This document shows, piece by piece, positions 14,860 to 27,467 of a stretch of DNA of 64,000 bases. Position 1 is the first letter of the stretch. Each line of letters begins with the position of its first letter. The stretch is taken from positions 18,551,237 to 18,615,236 of the forward strand of contig NC_092672.1 in NCBI RefSeq assembly GCF_964355755.1. The letters are read 5' to 3'. Under the pieces are notes generated by a model that was given only the letters and a program-made list of their open reading frames with translations, was not told where the DNA came from and ran no database searches. Position numbers and translations under genes: made by a program. The DNA comes from Antedon mediterranea. Its lineage: Eukaryota > Animalia > Echinodermata.

Positions 14860-15370
14860 ATCGTTTTGATTTAGCCTTTGTTTTTTTTTTTTTGTATCTT
14901 CATTGAGATCCAGCCACTGATACCCACATCATTGTCATTTTTTCAGTAATTTGTATATATATATATATAAATCCAAAGGAAAATTACTGAAAAATGACAA
15001 TGCTGTGGGTATCAGTGGCTGGATCTCAATAGAGATCCGGAAAAAAAAAGCCAAAAGCTAAATCAAACGATAAAGTAAAACAACCAGAAAAATTAGCAGA
15101 GCTTTCGGGCAACACTAGCCCTTCATCACTAGCCCTTCATCAGTGCAAGTGATGAAGGGCTAGTGTTGCCTGAAAGCTCTGCTAATTTTTCTGGTTATAT
15201 ATATATATCCAAATTTCTTCACTTGCACTGATGAAGGGCTAGTGTTGCCCGAATGCTCTGCTAACTTTTCTGGCTGTTTTACCCATTGTTTTGATTTAGC
15301 TTTTCGCTTTTTTTTTTTATATCTCTATTGAGATCCAGCCACTGATACCCACAGCATTGTCATTTTTTTA
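14860..15370. mobile_element. Penelope-like pseudo-LTR fragments in alternating orientation
   Basis: Unit ..GATTTAGC..TTGAGATCCAGCCACTGATACCCACAGCATTGTCATTTTT occurs on +, then -, then +, separated by (TA)n, and carries the CTGATGAAG..CGAAA motif typical of PLE ends. Confidence 0.7.
15093..15264. ncRNA. Three minimal type I hammerhead ribozyme-like motifs (one on -, two on +), each with a defect
   Basis: Consensus UUGCA-CUGAUGA-A-GGGC-UAGUGUU-GCCC-GAAA-GC-UC-UGCUAA. The minus copy 15093-15148 has the full core plus a 14-nt duplication. The plus copy 15149-15185 lacks the first C and the stem I 5' arm. The plus copy 15223-15264 has GAAU instead of GAAA. Confidence 0.65.
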
Positions 15371-15958
15371 TATTATATATTTTATATTATAAAATGAAAA
15401 AAATACAATCATTTATTTTATGCATCATAAATTATTTTAGTGCAGAATAAGATTTAACAGTTAACATTAAAGAATTATTTTTTTATTTCTGTAGAATTTA
15501 TCGATATTTGGAATTACAATATATTTGTCATAAACCAGGATTAAGTTCAGCCTATGGTGGTGTTTTCATTGCTCCAATTAATAAACTCAACAGATTAAAA
15601 TCTGCACAGCACATCTGTTTAGATAAACAAACATGCAAAGCTGTCTGCCATATTGACAATGCTCAACAAAAGATTCTAAATCTCTTGACATTATTTATAA
15701 GCTGGTAGGCAAGACTATTTGACATTTTACATGTTAATTACCAACTGTGGATATACTAATTGGCGAGCTAATTCTACATTATATTCATTTTCTGAATAAC
15801 TGATTTTACCAGAACTAAATGGTTATCAGTTCAAGCATGCTTTGTATTGATAAATATTTTAGATCAGATAATCTGAATTGCAACAGTTGCTTTAATAAAA
15901 ACATTTGCGAGAGAAATAGAAAAGCAAATTGAAAAGAAACATAAAACAGCCATTAACG

Positions 15959-17440
15959 ATGTATGAATTACAAATTCTGTTGACTATTCTCATGATGTCA
16001 GTAAACTGCGCTCAAAACACGGTCACCTTCATTAAAGAGCCTTCAGATAAAACTGCTCTAAAAGGAAAAGATGCGTCATTTAGTTGCATAGTTGACAATC
16101 TTTCAACCGGCAACGTTGTAAGGTGGGTCCAATGGGGAGCAGTCGTCATCTCCGAAAATGAAATAGTAGTTCATGGATTTGCATTGCATTTTCAAATTGA
16201 CGCAAATCGCAATAAAGGAGAGTACAATCTTACGATTAAATCTGTTACACTAACAGATGACGCACAGTACAATTGTAACGTTTATGCTAATGAGGTTGCA
16301 CAGGAACCAATTATTTCATCTCAAGCAGTTAGGCTTACTGTTAATTATTTGCCAGAAAGTACATATCCAAAATGCTTAGAAACTATGGGAGATGGGATAT
16401 ATAATGAAGGAGATGATGTCGAGCTATGTTGTGAATCTGAACGAGCTTCACCACCCGTCACTCTCCAATGGACAAGAAATGGTCAAGTTATTCGCCAAAA
16501 CATTCGTATCGACGATAGTGAAAATGGAAAACGTAAAATGATATACAAATTCAAAGCTACATCGGAATATAATGGTATGCGCTTTACATGTATGTTGACA
16601 TCGTCAGCAGATCCACATTACAAACGCAATTGCACATCAGGACCAATTGCAGTCACATACAAACCTCAAGTTCTCATACCAAGTTATGAAAATGCAATAT
16701 CCCCTGGACAAGAAATTTTATTTTTCTGCAAATCAACAGCTAATCCAGCAGCAACTAAATTTAGATGGGAACTAGAACCAGCCATTGATAGCAACAGACT
16801 TGTAGTAAAACTTGACAACCAAACACTTCAAATCTTAAACACAAAATCAAAAGATAATGGAACAAGAATAAGTTGTTACGCCACAAACAGCATAGGTACT
16901 GGGCATGCTCAGTTGATATTAATTGTGGACCCTAATCCTACAACAACTCCTACTGGAGTGATAGAGACAACTAATTTGGCAGCGCCAATTCCACCAGAAA
17001 CTTCAACAGGGGATGAAAATGCGCTGACATCAGCTATTATATTGTGCATAGCAACAATTGCATGCATCATGGTAATTTTACTACTGACAATTCCAATACT
17101 ACTTGTTTATTGTAATAAGAAAAAGGAAAAAAATGTTAATTATATTTCAAAGCCTGACTGCTATTTTGAACCAAAGGATTGTAGGACTGAATTGCCATAT
17201 AGTCACGCACAGCCTAGAGCCCTAGGTTATGCAGAATGGGGTACAGGGCGAACAGTTTCATCTGATCGAACAAATAGATATGATGAGCCTATTTATCAGG
17301 AAGTTGAAGAGAAAGAAGGCCAGCACCAGGAGGAACTCCCTAAATATTATTATCCTGATCCCTATGAAGCAAGATCTTGTTTACAATCAAAATATGATGA
17401 CTTTTCAACAGTTTATACAACAAGATCTATAATAATCTAG
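15959..17440 (+). CDS. Single-coding-exon type I transmembrane Ig-superfamily protein (signal peptide, V-set plus two C2/I-type domains, Thr/Pro stalk, TM, Tyr-rich tail); CADM/nectin/kirrel-like architecture
   Basis: The ORF track starts at TTG 15929, but the first ATG is 15959 (MYELQILLTILMMSVNCAQ, signal-peptide-like). Ig signatures: FSCIV..VRW..GEYNLTIKSVTLTDDAQYNC; LCCESERASPPVTLQW..YNGMRFTC; FCKSTANPAATKFRW..DNGTRISCYATNSIG. TM is AIILCIATIACIMVILLLTIPILLVYC followed by basic NKKKEK. A candidate splice acceptor ttttag ends at 15862. Confidence 0.93.
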   Translation: MYELQILLTILMMSVNCAQNTVTFIKEPSDKTALKGKDASFSCIVDNLSTGNVVRWVQWGAVVISENEIVVHGFALHFQIDANRNKGEYNLTIKSVTLTDDAQYNCNVYANEVAQEPIISSQAVRLTVNYLPESTYPKCLETMGDGIYNEGDDVELCCESERASPPVTLQWTRNGQVIRQNIRIDDSENGKRKMIYKFKATSEYNGMRFTCMLTSSADPHYKRNCTSGPIAVTYKPQVLIPSYENAISPGQEILFFCKSTANPAATKFRWELEPAIDSNRLVVKLDNQTLQILNTKSKDNGTRISCYATNSIGTGHAQLILIVDPNPTTTPTGVIETTNLAAPIPPETSTGDENALTSAIILCIATIACIMVILLLTIPILLVYCNKKKEKNVNYISKPDCYFEPKDCRTELPYSHAQPRALGYAEWGTGRTVSSDRTNRYDEPIYQEVEEKEGQHQEELPKYYYPDPYEARSCLQSKYDDFSTVYTTRSIII

Positions 17441-18421
17441 TTGTTATTATATAGAACCAATATTATTTACCTTTTACCATTTATTAAATAATAATCTTTT
17501 AATTGATTAAATTAATTTAAATTAAAAATGTATAATAAATTATATATAATAGAATTAAGAATATTTTTGTAAACATTTTAATTGCAAAATTTCAACTGGT
17601 TTATATCAAATATGGTACCATAATGAAGTTGTGGGCATGGTTGAAAAATTGGGGCGGGTTGGATGAACTATTATTATACATTTATACCTGAATGTTAAAG
17701 AAGGTCAATATCAAACAAAACAAACAGAGGAATTATACAGACCTATAATTGATTCCACATGGATTCCTAAATTGATATTCAAGTATTTATGGCATCTGGG
17801 AATAAACCTGGGATGTGTATAATCCATGAATTCTGTTCTTTGTATATTTAAAAATGCTTTAAAAACCTTCAGTTTCCTGCCACAGGAACAAAACTAACAG
17901 ATGGATCAATTGATAATAGGTTGTACAATAATTGTCTTAAAACTGATTATGATTATGGGTGTTAAAATGTGATGTTTGTGACTTGTATCACTGTGCATTG
18001 CTCCCGGCATTGTTATGTACTACACCACTAGGCTAGTTAGCTAAAACAGAGGGGTATAAAGATACCTGCTATAAATGAGTCTAAAGTTGTGAACTGGTGC
18101 TAGTCTTTAAAAAAACAACTGGGCACAATTTAAAGATTTTACTAGATGTATAGCACTTTTGATATTGACATGACATTGCTAGGCAATACAGAGTCTTGGG
18201 AAGGCAATACAGAGTCTTGGGAAGCCAAGGATGATTTTACAATCATAAAATGTATCAAGTGATATTTATACTCTTACTGTACATTTAAATTGTTTTTGTT
18301 CTATACCAATATCATTGAAAACCAATAGGATTTGGATGTTCAATTTTGATTAACTGTATATGACCACTTATAACCCCATGAGTGAGTATAATCTCACCCC
18401 TGCACAACTTTGGTAATACAG

Positions 18422-19334
18422 TAGTCTGGGTTCCAGATGCAGTTTTTGTATTAATATAGTAAGATAAATATTTTTGCACATATGGCGTTTCATACGTATA
18501 CTACTTGAACTTGGATACTCCATCTGGGCACACAGGTACAAGTCATGTGGAATTCTTGGTGCATACGATTATCCAGTTGACTAGTTTTAGCCGCATGAGC
18601 TACTCACTCGTACAAAGTTGTAATATTCATATTTCAGAATTTCAAAGATTCAACAACTAAGATTATGCGCATGCACTATGTTATGTTATGTTATCGCGAA
18701 GTGATGATGACGATATGATAATGAAAGTTTCTGAAGGCTAGAAATTTTATATGCCTAGTAGTCTGGTAAAAATTTGATGGGATTTTTCCCAAAAACATGA
18801 AAACTTGTCTTGATATGATAGGCTAGCTTCTCCGCAAATCAAACATTGAATGGTTCATTTATTATGTGAAGATAATTTGATTTAATGCCCACCCATCCAG
18901 ACCATAAATGTATGCCCAGCCCTGTGTGGCGTAGCTCTGGGCCTTATTGCCGTTTTATTTGGCAGGTCATACGTACGAGTAGGCCAAGACTAGGACTAGA
19001 CAATGTAATAAACAAAAAAACTTGGCAACATGATTTTACATTTTAACAGTTGTTATTTCAGTCTCGATCGTACATTCAGCATTTATTAGTAGTAGTACTG
19101 TACGTACTTGATCTTTTTCATTTCGAAACCAAATGATCATTGGTCGATTTCGAAATTCATATTTACAAACCATATAGGCAAATACGATATGATAACCTAC
19201 GTCATTCTTATCGGATGTTTGCGGTCTGCAAATTGATTTCTATACGTGTTTCACAAGTCTGTATTTTCAGACAAAAATCGAAATGAAAAAAAAATAAATA
19301 AAAAGACAATGAATACAGACTTGGGGCAAGTCTA
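18422..19334. mobile_element. Non-autonomous DNA transposon with TAG..CTA ends and 9-bp TSD (AcademH-like), copy 1
   Basis: TAGTCTGGGTTCCAGA ... CAGACTTGGGGCAAGTCTA. CTTTGGTAA on both flanks, with 5 extra nt (TACAG) on the left. Colinear with 38943-39822. Confidence 0.75.
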
Positions 19335-20851
19335 CTTTGGTAAATGCAATGCCCTCTCCATATGGGACTATTCTCAGTCATATAGTATTATTTTCATTCT
19401 CTGTGGGGACCAATAATAATATAGGCAGTTTAGTTTGTTTTCAATTGCAGTTGGTATAATTTAACAATTTTAATTAAAAGTGCAATAAAAATACAAAATT
19501 GTATAGTATTGATATTATTTGTTAGACATGGAAACGCAGTTCAGTTATATTATTTTAAATGTTTATTATCAATTGTGAACACATACATTCAAATCCTCAT
19601 ATACTCGTAATTATATGAAAATAACAAAATGATTGTTATACTCTTTTTCATCCTAAGATTTTGTATAATTAGATTTTCATTAAATTTTAAAAGTACTGTA
19701 TTTACTGATTTTTTTTTCCATTTAAGATATGTCTAGTTTATAATCCCACATTTAATTGTAAAACTACTAAACTCCATTGCGTTACTTTTCTATTCACTAT
19801 ATTTCACTAGTCATGCGCATATAATAATCATTCTCAAGAGCTAATCTTGGTAAATTCTGCTGAATATTTAGTAAAATGGTGCTTTTGTTGCCGCTGGCTA
19901 TATATTGTGCTTTGTGGGGCTATTGTTAAGAATTCAACTTTTACTGTTTGGCTGTTACTGTACTTCTATGTTTTGAATGTAAACACACATGAGTTTTTTT
20001 CACTGTGATTTGAAATTTTAACAATTGTTAGAATAAAAAATATCAGAAATAAAAATGTATTTATTTACTGTTTGTGTACAGAAAATGTTTGTGCATCCGT
20101 TGACTTTGACATCTCGTAATTGTTGTCATTCGTGGTGGTGTAATCAATGATTGCGAGTGAAGAACAATTTCAATCAATCAAAATATTGCTCATCCTTTCA
20201 GACACATTTTTAATGGAATAGGTTAACCACTTTTGTAAATGGAATGCCTATCATAATTAATGTATATGATCTCAAGTATAACCCCATGCTTAAATATAAT
20301 CCTGATCAATTTAAGTCATTTTTAATTGAATCCCTATCCCCTAATTACTATTGTAACCAGGCCTTCTCTGGACTGGACAGCAATATATTATTATTGTTGG
20401 GATATCAGCTGGTTTTATACATGATTTTTTATTGAGAAATGAGGTTGCTTGATGGCTAAAAAAGAGAAGTATTCATTACTTGCAGCTAGTTAGAGACATA
20501 ATATTTCTTTAAAATTAATCAAATCTAGAAATAATTATCATAAACATGGACTACAGTATAGCATTAACATTTCTTAACAACATTGAAAATTAATCTTCTA
20601 AATATTGTACTACTACCAGTGAAAGATGAAAGGTTCTTTATTAACATCACTCAATACAGTTACAGTACAAATGGGAATTAAAACAATTTCAGCTCTTTAA
20701 ATCGTGTGAAATTATTGATTGAAGTATTATTCAAGATTATGACATGCATTCACCTTCAAGAATTGAAGAGAATATCAGATGAAATTGATACAAAAACGAT
20801 GATGTTAATGCTTACTATCATAGCGATGGTAGTGGTTTTAGTGGCTATACT

Positions 20852-21404
20852 CATGACGATGGCTGACATGATCATGACGATGGCTGACATGATCATGACG
20901 ATGGCTGACATGATCATGACGATGGCTGACATGATCATGACGATGGCTGACATGATCATGACGATGGCTGACATGATCATTACGATGGCTGACATGATCA
21001 TGACGATGGCTGACATGATCATGACGATGGCTGACATGATCATGACGATGGCTGACATGATCATGACAATGGCTGACATGATCATGACGATGGCTGACAT
21101 GATCATGACGATGGCTGACATGATCATGACGATGGCTGACATGATCATGACGATAGCTGACATGATCATGACGATGGCTGACATGATCATGACGATGGCT
21201 CACATGATCATGACGATGGCTCACATGATCATGACGATGGCTCACATGATCATGACGATGGCTCACATGATCATGACGATGGCTGACATGATCATGACGA
21301 TGGCTGACATGATCATGACGATGGCTGACATGATCATGACGATGGCTGACATGATCATGACGATGGCTGACATGATCATGACGATGGCTGACATGATCAT
21401 GACG
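20852..21404. repeat. 21-bp minisatellite, about 26 copies
   Basis: (CATGACGATGGCTGACATGAT)n. Explains the repetitive ORFs on both strands. Confidence 0.97.
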
Positions 21405-22189
21405 TCCCACAGAAATAAAGGAAACCTAATGTATTAACCGATATAGCAGAGGAAACGCTTTGAAAGTAGGGCTCCCAAATATATTTCTAGTTTTAGAACG
21501 CTGCACAAAATTGGTTAAAAAAGTGACAGGCTTCACACAAGCTGTGAGGACATAGCTACAATAATAATATTAAAATGGGATTATTAGATCTGTGAGAGAG
21601 GAAGCAGCTGTGTGAACACTGCAACAAATGTAGCCATATATAACTGCATCGAGTATATTATGCCTAATCACATTGATTGGGTATAATGATAATCTACCAC
21701 TTAATTTAGGCCTATTCAGACACAAAACTTTTTTTATTTTGTGTTGCAGCTAAAAGTTGCACAGCAATAACCGGTTAAAGATGTATTGTCCCCCTGAAAA
21801 AATAATTCTTAAAAATGTTTTTGTTGAATATTCCATTTTAATGTAACATAATAGTTATCCACCTTGACCAAAAATTGGATCAAAAAAAATGTATTTAACT
21901 GAAAAAAAATGTAATTTAAAGTAAAAAATGGTCAAATTGGCTGCCAAAATTAAAAAAAAACAATAGAACCAACTGAGTGAGCTGGCATGGGACACAAATA
22001 AATAAATAACAAATTGAATGGGTAGTTTTACCAGTTATTGTTGCACTGCCATTAATAACCAGTTAGTAAAAAATTGTCCTGTTTCTGCTCCCAAGAAAGA
22101 TTAAAGTTTAATTTATTCACACCATTTTTACTGGTTACAGGAACAGGACCATACAATCCTGAGTATAATACCATCTCCTAATTTCTAAA

Positions 22190-23256
22190 CATGTCATCCT
22201 ACGGCTATACTTGATCAATAGTAGTACAGTACCCTAGTAGTACATGTCATCCTACGGCTATACTTGATCAATAGTAGTACAGTACCCTAGTAGTACATGT
22301 CATCCTACGGCTATACTTGATCAATAGTAGTACAGTACCCTAGTAGTACATGTCATCCTACGGCTATACTTGATCAATAGTAGTACAGTACCCTAGTAGT
22401 ACATGTCATCCTACGGCTATACTTGAGCAATAGTAGTACAGTACCCTAGTAGTACATGTCATCCTACGGCTATACTTGATCAATAGTAGTACAGTACCCT
22501 AGTAGTACATGTCATCCTACGGCTATACTTGATCAATAGTAGTACAGTACCCTAGTAGTACATGTCATCCTACGGCTATACTTGATCAATAGTAGTACAG
22601 TACCCTAGTAGTACATGTCATCCTACGGCTATACTTGATCAATAGTAGTACAGTACCCTAGTAGTACATGTCATCCTACGGCTATACTTGATCAATAGTA
22701 GTACAGTACCCTAGTAGTACATGTCATCCTACGGCTATACTTGATCAATAGTAGTACAGTACCCTAGTAGTACATGTCATCCTACGGCTATACTTGATCA
22801 ATAGTAGTACAGTACCCTAGTAGTACATGTCATCCTACGGCTATACTTGATCAATAGTAGTACAGTACCCTAGTAGTACATGTCATCCTACGGCTATACT
22901 TGATCAATAGTAGTACAGTACCCTAGTAGTACATGTCATCCTACGGCTATACTTGATCAATAGTAGTACAGTACCCTAGTAGTACAGTACCCTAGTAGTA
23001 CAGTACCCTAGTAGTACAGTACCCTAGTAGTACAGTACCCTAGTAGTACAGTACCCTAGTAGTACAGTACCCTAGTAGTACAGTACCCTAGTAGTACAGT
23101 ACCCTAGTAGTACAGTACCCTAGTAGTACAGTACCCTAGTAGTACAGTACCCTAGTAGTACAGTACCCTAGTAGTACAGTACCCTAGTAGTACAGTACCC
23201 TAGTAGTACAGTACCCTAGTAGTACAGTACCCTAGTAGTACAGTACCCTAGTAGTA
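22190..23256. repeat. Compound minisatellite: 15 x 53 bp then about 17 x 16 bp
   Basis: CATGTCATCCTACGGCTATACTTGATCAATAGTAGTACAGTACCCTAGTAGTA to 22984, then CAGTACCCTAGTAGTA. Confidence 0.97.
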
Positions 23257-23643
23257 TTTTGTCTTGCTCGATTTATTCCCATTACATCCTTTCTCAAAAT
23301 TGAAGAAATCCATTCAAATATAACCCACCACTCAATACTTGCTTTAGGAATAAGAATAACAATAGTGCTTCCTGTCGATTTAACAGGAGCGAACCGGCAC
23401 CTCTATTGAAATTTTAACTTAAAACTTTCCTTTCAAAAAGCTTACATAGATAGAGAGGCGAATATAATTTTTCATAAACAAATCATAAACACTTTCCATA
23501 AGTTTATTTTGAAAAATTATATCAAATTATTGCTAAAAAATCATTGTCAGAAAGAAATCTACCGATGGGTCAGGAAAAATTACGTTGGTTGGTATCCACA
23601 CAGGCATATTGTAAATATATAAATTTGAATACCATCTTCAACC

Positions 23644-23847
23644 TGGAGGCTACTAACTATCATCTAGTACAGGTGTTGGAGGCTACTAACTATCATCTAG
23701 TACAGGTGTTGGAGGCTACTAACTATCATCTAGTACAGGTGTTGCAGGCTACTAACTATCATCTAGTACAGGTGTTGCAGGCTACTAACTATCATCTAGT
23801 ACAGGTGTTGCAGGCTACTAACTATCATCTAGTACAGGTGTTGGAGG
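23644..23847. repeat. 33-bp minisatellite, about 6 copies
   Basis: TG(G/C)AGGCTACTAACTATCATCTAGTACAGGTGT. Confidence 0.95.
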
Positions 23848-26800
23848 TATTTACTAAATGTTCAGCAAGTATGTGGCAATACAAATATCCAATAGCCTAG
23901 TAGTAGTGTTCAATTCAGGTGATCATTCATTTTCTGTTTCGCATGAGGACAATTTTCCATGATGCATTTTGCTAAATCAATACACCATTGGAAAGTGTCA
24001 TTTCAATGTATGTATCAAAGCCTTATGTAGGCCTACAATAGTAATGCTATTCAGAACCAAAGATGTCGGTCAACTCTCACAAATAAGTCGAATTCTGTCT
24101 ACTATTTAAAATACATTTTGAATATCACCCGAATAAGTTCTTCAGGAAGTGTATGTTTTTATGATTCTTTTTATCATGATTCAAATGAGTAAACAAATTA
24201 TTTTAAAATCTTTATGACTGAGAATTTTAACCTAAATGATATCAATCATGACTTTCAATAAATACAAACCACAATATGCTAATTAAAGATAAAAATAGAC
24301 ACTATTGCAGTCAAATATCAAAGATTCACTATAATAACATCATATTTAATACAAAAACACCATCAGAATAATACCCAATGACAACAATGCAAATTAATTT
24401 TCCCACAAAGTTGTCAATATTTGACAGCTGAGGCATATATTTTATGCGAGAAGAACCCATTCTTTTTATTTATTATGTGTTCAATTTATTTACAAAGAAT
24501 CAATAAAGAATACATGTTGCCATGGAAAAGGGATTTTTACTTAAATACAAATTTCTGAAGTACTCTAAATACGGTAGGCAGACACTTGAGCATATGATAA
24601 TATGCACTGATATTATATATAAATAGACGATGGTTTATTAATATTTCCTTGTTTGATTGCTATCTAATCAATATTATCAATATATTTTTTAATGTCTACA
24701 GAGTAAAAAGAATGTCACAATTGACTGGCTTCCACTATACACCTAAAAATTGGTCTTAATCTTGTATAAATGCAGTAGTCATTCTTGATTGTCACTGATA
24801 CTTTCATCAAGCAGTTTCATAAAGCATGCATTGTATGATGCAAAACTAAGGCTTCAAGCAGTTTCATAAAGCATGCATTTGTATGATAAATGGAAAACTA
24901 AGGCTTTGTACTGAACATTAAACTATATTTTCTCAATTCTGATTAAAAGCAGAATATGGATTTAAGAAACTTGGTATTTGCAATTGTTAACAGTAATTAA
25001 TCTGCTGGCACTTGTAGTTGTACTGTAATAAAGAATACAGGTTTATGTCTCTGTATTGGATAGGCGAGGTACTTTTTCTCGCAACACTAGTTCTTCTTCA
25101 TCCAGAAGACGTTTGTAGTAACAATATTGTCAACTTTACCATTTACACATGGTAAACCTTACAGTACATGTAGGTTTTTAAAACCTTTATATTGTTTTAA
25201 TAGTTATTATTATAAACCTCCAGCTAGTTTTAGCATCAGAGATAATAACTGCATTGCACTACAATTTTGTTCTTATTGTTGTAAACAAACAAGTTCATGA
25301 TATTGTGACAAAACCCCAGAAACAGATTAGACCCTATTGAATATTTGAGAATTATATGAATAATACATTATATTATAGTCACTGATTATAGTACAGGTAT
25401 CGGCAATTTCAAAAGGTATATAGGGGAGCTTAGAAAAAGCCTATTAAAACTGTCTAAAAGAGCTCATGAATGGTGGCATTGTATAGCTTACATGGGTTCA
25501 ACAATGACTAATAAGTGTGGCCATTTATCATTTCTGCAATCATTCTATATAAAGAATTTCTACAAATATTAGCAATAGATGCAGAAGCACTTAATGGATA
25601 TCCAATTGTGAGACTAAATTGATGGTGTTATAGTTCAGATTGCTTATTTTGCTGTATTTAGAATTTATATCAAACCTGCATGATTATATCCAAGGTGCAG
25701 TTCGCACTAATAATTTCTTTTCATTTGAAAAATCATATCCTAGACAAAACACACACAGACAGCTGTTCTTTTTGTTAAAATATGATTCATTTTTCAAATA
25801 TGTCCACTTATATTCTTCAAGGTTTTGTTTTAAAAATAAAAGGAGACCTAATAATGATATAATAGGGGAGAACATTTTAGTAGAGATGGTTTAATAAAGT
25901 CTCTAGATAGGCTTTAAAACTCAGAAACATCTTACACAGCCATGTAAAAGCCCTGCTCTTTCAAATAGTTATTTTGATTTTTTTTTATAGATTTATAGAA
26001 ATCTTCGTTTTTCTCTCTACAGCTATTAAATTACGTGAAAAACAAACTATGCAAACTATTAAAGTCAATCTGATGAGTCTGGTGGCATAGCAAGTTTGAG
26101 TCAATGAGAAAACAAAATCTCGTTTTACTGGTGTATTTTTTTATATTGACTATTTTCTTTCTTTATTATACTATTTTGCAGTTCCATGAACAAAATACAT
26201 TACGAGCAAATAATAAAACAATATTTTCAAGTTGATTGATATACCAGCAACATTCTTTTAAATGTTTATTAACAATTAGATCAATTAAATTTGATCCAAG
26301 TCAATAAAATCATGTTGTAATTTGACTCCTAAAACATGTTACAAAAAACATGGATTTCAACCAAAGTGACAATTTTGATATAATTATAACAATGAAAATA
26401 TTAGCAATAGAAAATCAGAAATTGAATCTATTCATTGCACAAATTAAACAATACGGTATATTGAACAATCATATGCCCTGAGCTTCCTTCCACTATGTTT
26501 TTATTTTCTTTAATAAGCATTCCTAATTATTAAATATCTAATTACATACAGAACAATGAACAACCAGTAGCAAAAATAATAATTTCTGACTAGGACAGAT
26601 TCTTTATCAATATTTCTAATCAGTTTCAATGATAAACCAGAAATATGGCAATATGATATTTGATATTATGGACAGAATGAAACCATAAAAGGCACAGACT
26701 GGTTATGCAGTATGTTAATTAACAGACTAAAGATCAGGTTTCCTCAATGAAATAAAATACGTTTAATTTGATCAGAAAGAAGTACACAGAAGTCTAAACT

Positions 26801-27015
26801 AATCTTTCAAACTGTTTTGTTGCTTGTGTATTTCTGCTACCTGTATAAATGCCAACAATCAGTCATTAATAATAATATCAATCATTATAGCAGAATACAT
26901 CTCCATCTCCAGGAATAGTCTTTAAGGTTATTTGTAACTGTCCCATCAAGCCAATAGATAAGTTTTCAAGTACTTATCAGTTTTAATACTGGACATCAAT
27001 TGTTTTTAACACTCA

Positions 27016-27135
27016 GGGCCTGTTTCTGCTGCATAAAAATAACCGGTTAAAATCGGTGTGAACTCCATTTTCTTGGGAGCTGAAACAGGACAAATCTGTG
27101 GTCACCGGTTAAAAGGCAGCGCAAAATAACCGACC
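27016..27135. mobile_element. Solo end fragment of the Harbinger-like family
   Basis: GGGCCTGTTTCTGCTGCATAAAAATAACCGGTTAAAATCGGTGTG, reverse complement of about 61410-61556. Confidence 0.7.
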
Positions 27136-27467
27136 AAACAGACTAATACGCACCTTGTAAAGATTGTTGTACACTAATTATCTCATGAAAATATCTAGTG
27201 AAATCAGGCCAGTTACTGAGAAGGTTTACAGGGCGGCGAACTTGTACTAATTTGAATGGCATGCCATGGTCCTGGTAAAAAAAAAAACTTTTTCCTATTA
27301 TTTACCGCCCAACCATGACAATCAATCAGCACACAGGATTAACATTCAGAATAACGCTTTCAAATAAAATTAGTTTGACGGACAAAATGGAATACTTTAA
27401 CAGTTTATTCTCTCTACAGTAAATCAATTTAATGAGAAAAAAAGTAAAAATGTTGTTTAATATTTAA

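Noticed and set aside
15929-15958. N-terminal extension MKRNIKQPLT in the ORF track
   Set aside because: It starts at TTG. The ATG at 15959 directly precedes a signal peptide.
20706-21437. 243-aa (MTMADMI)n ORF and antisense (HRHDHVS)n and (IMSAIVM)n ORFs
   Set aside because: A 21-bp unit without stops is open in several frames on both strands. There is no synonymous variation pattern or splice context, so the His-rich product is not credible.
22190-23256. CRISPR-like appearance of this and the other arrays, including 48730-49275
   Set aside because: Units are head-to-tail with no unique spacers, the linkers in the 48.7-kb array are homologous to each other, there are no cas genes, and the context is eukaryotic.
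26070-26115. Other CTGATGA/CTGACGA hits (26070, 28914, 50567, 57210) as hammerheads
   Set aside because: No stem II closed by GAAA and no stem I pairing.
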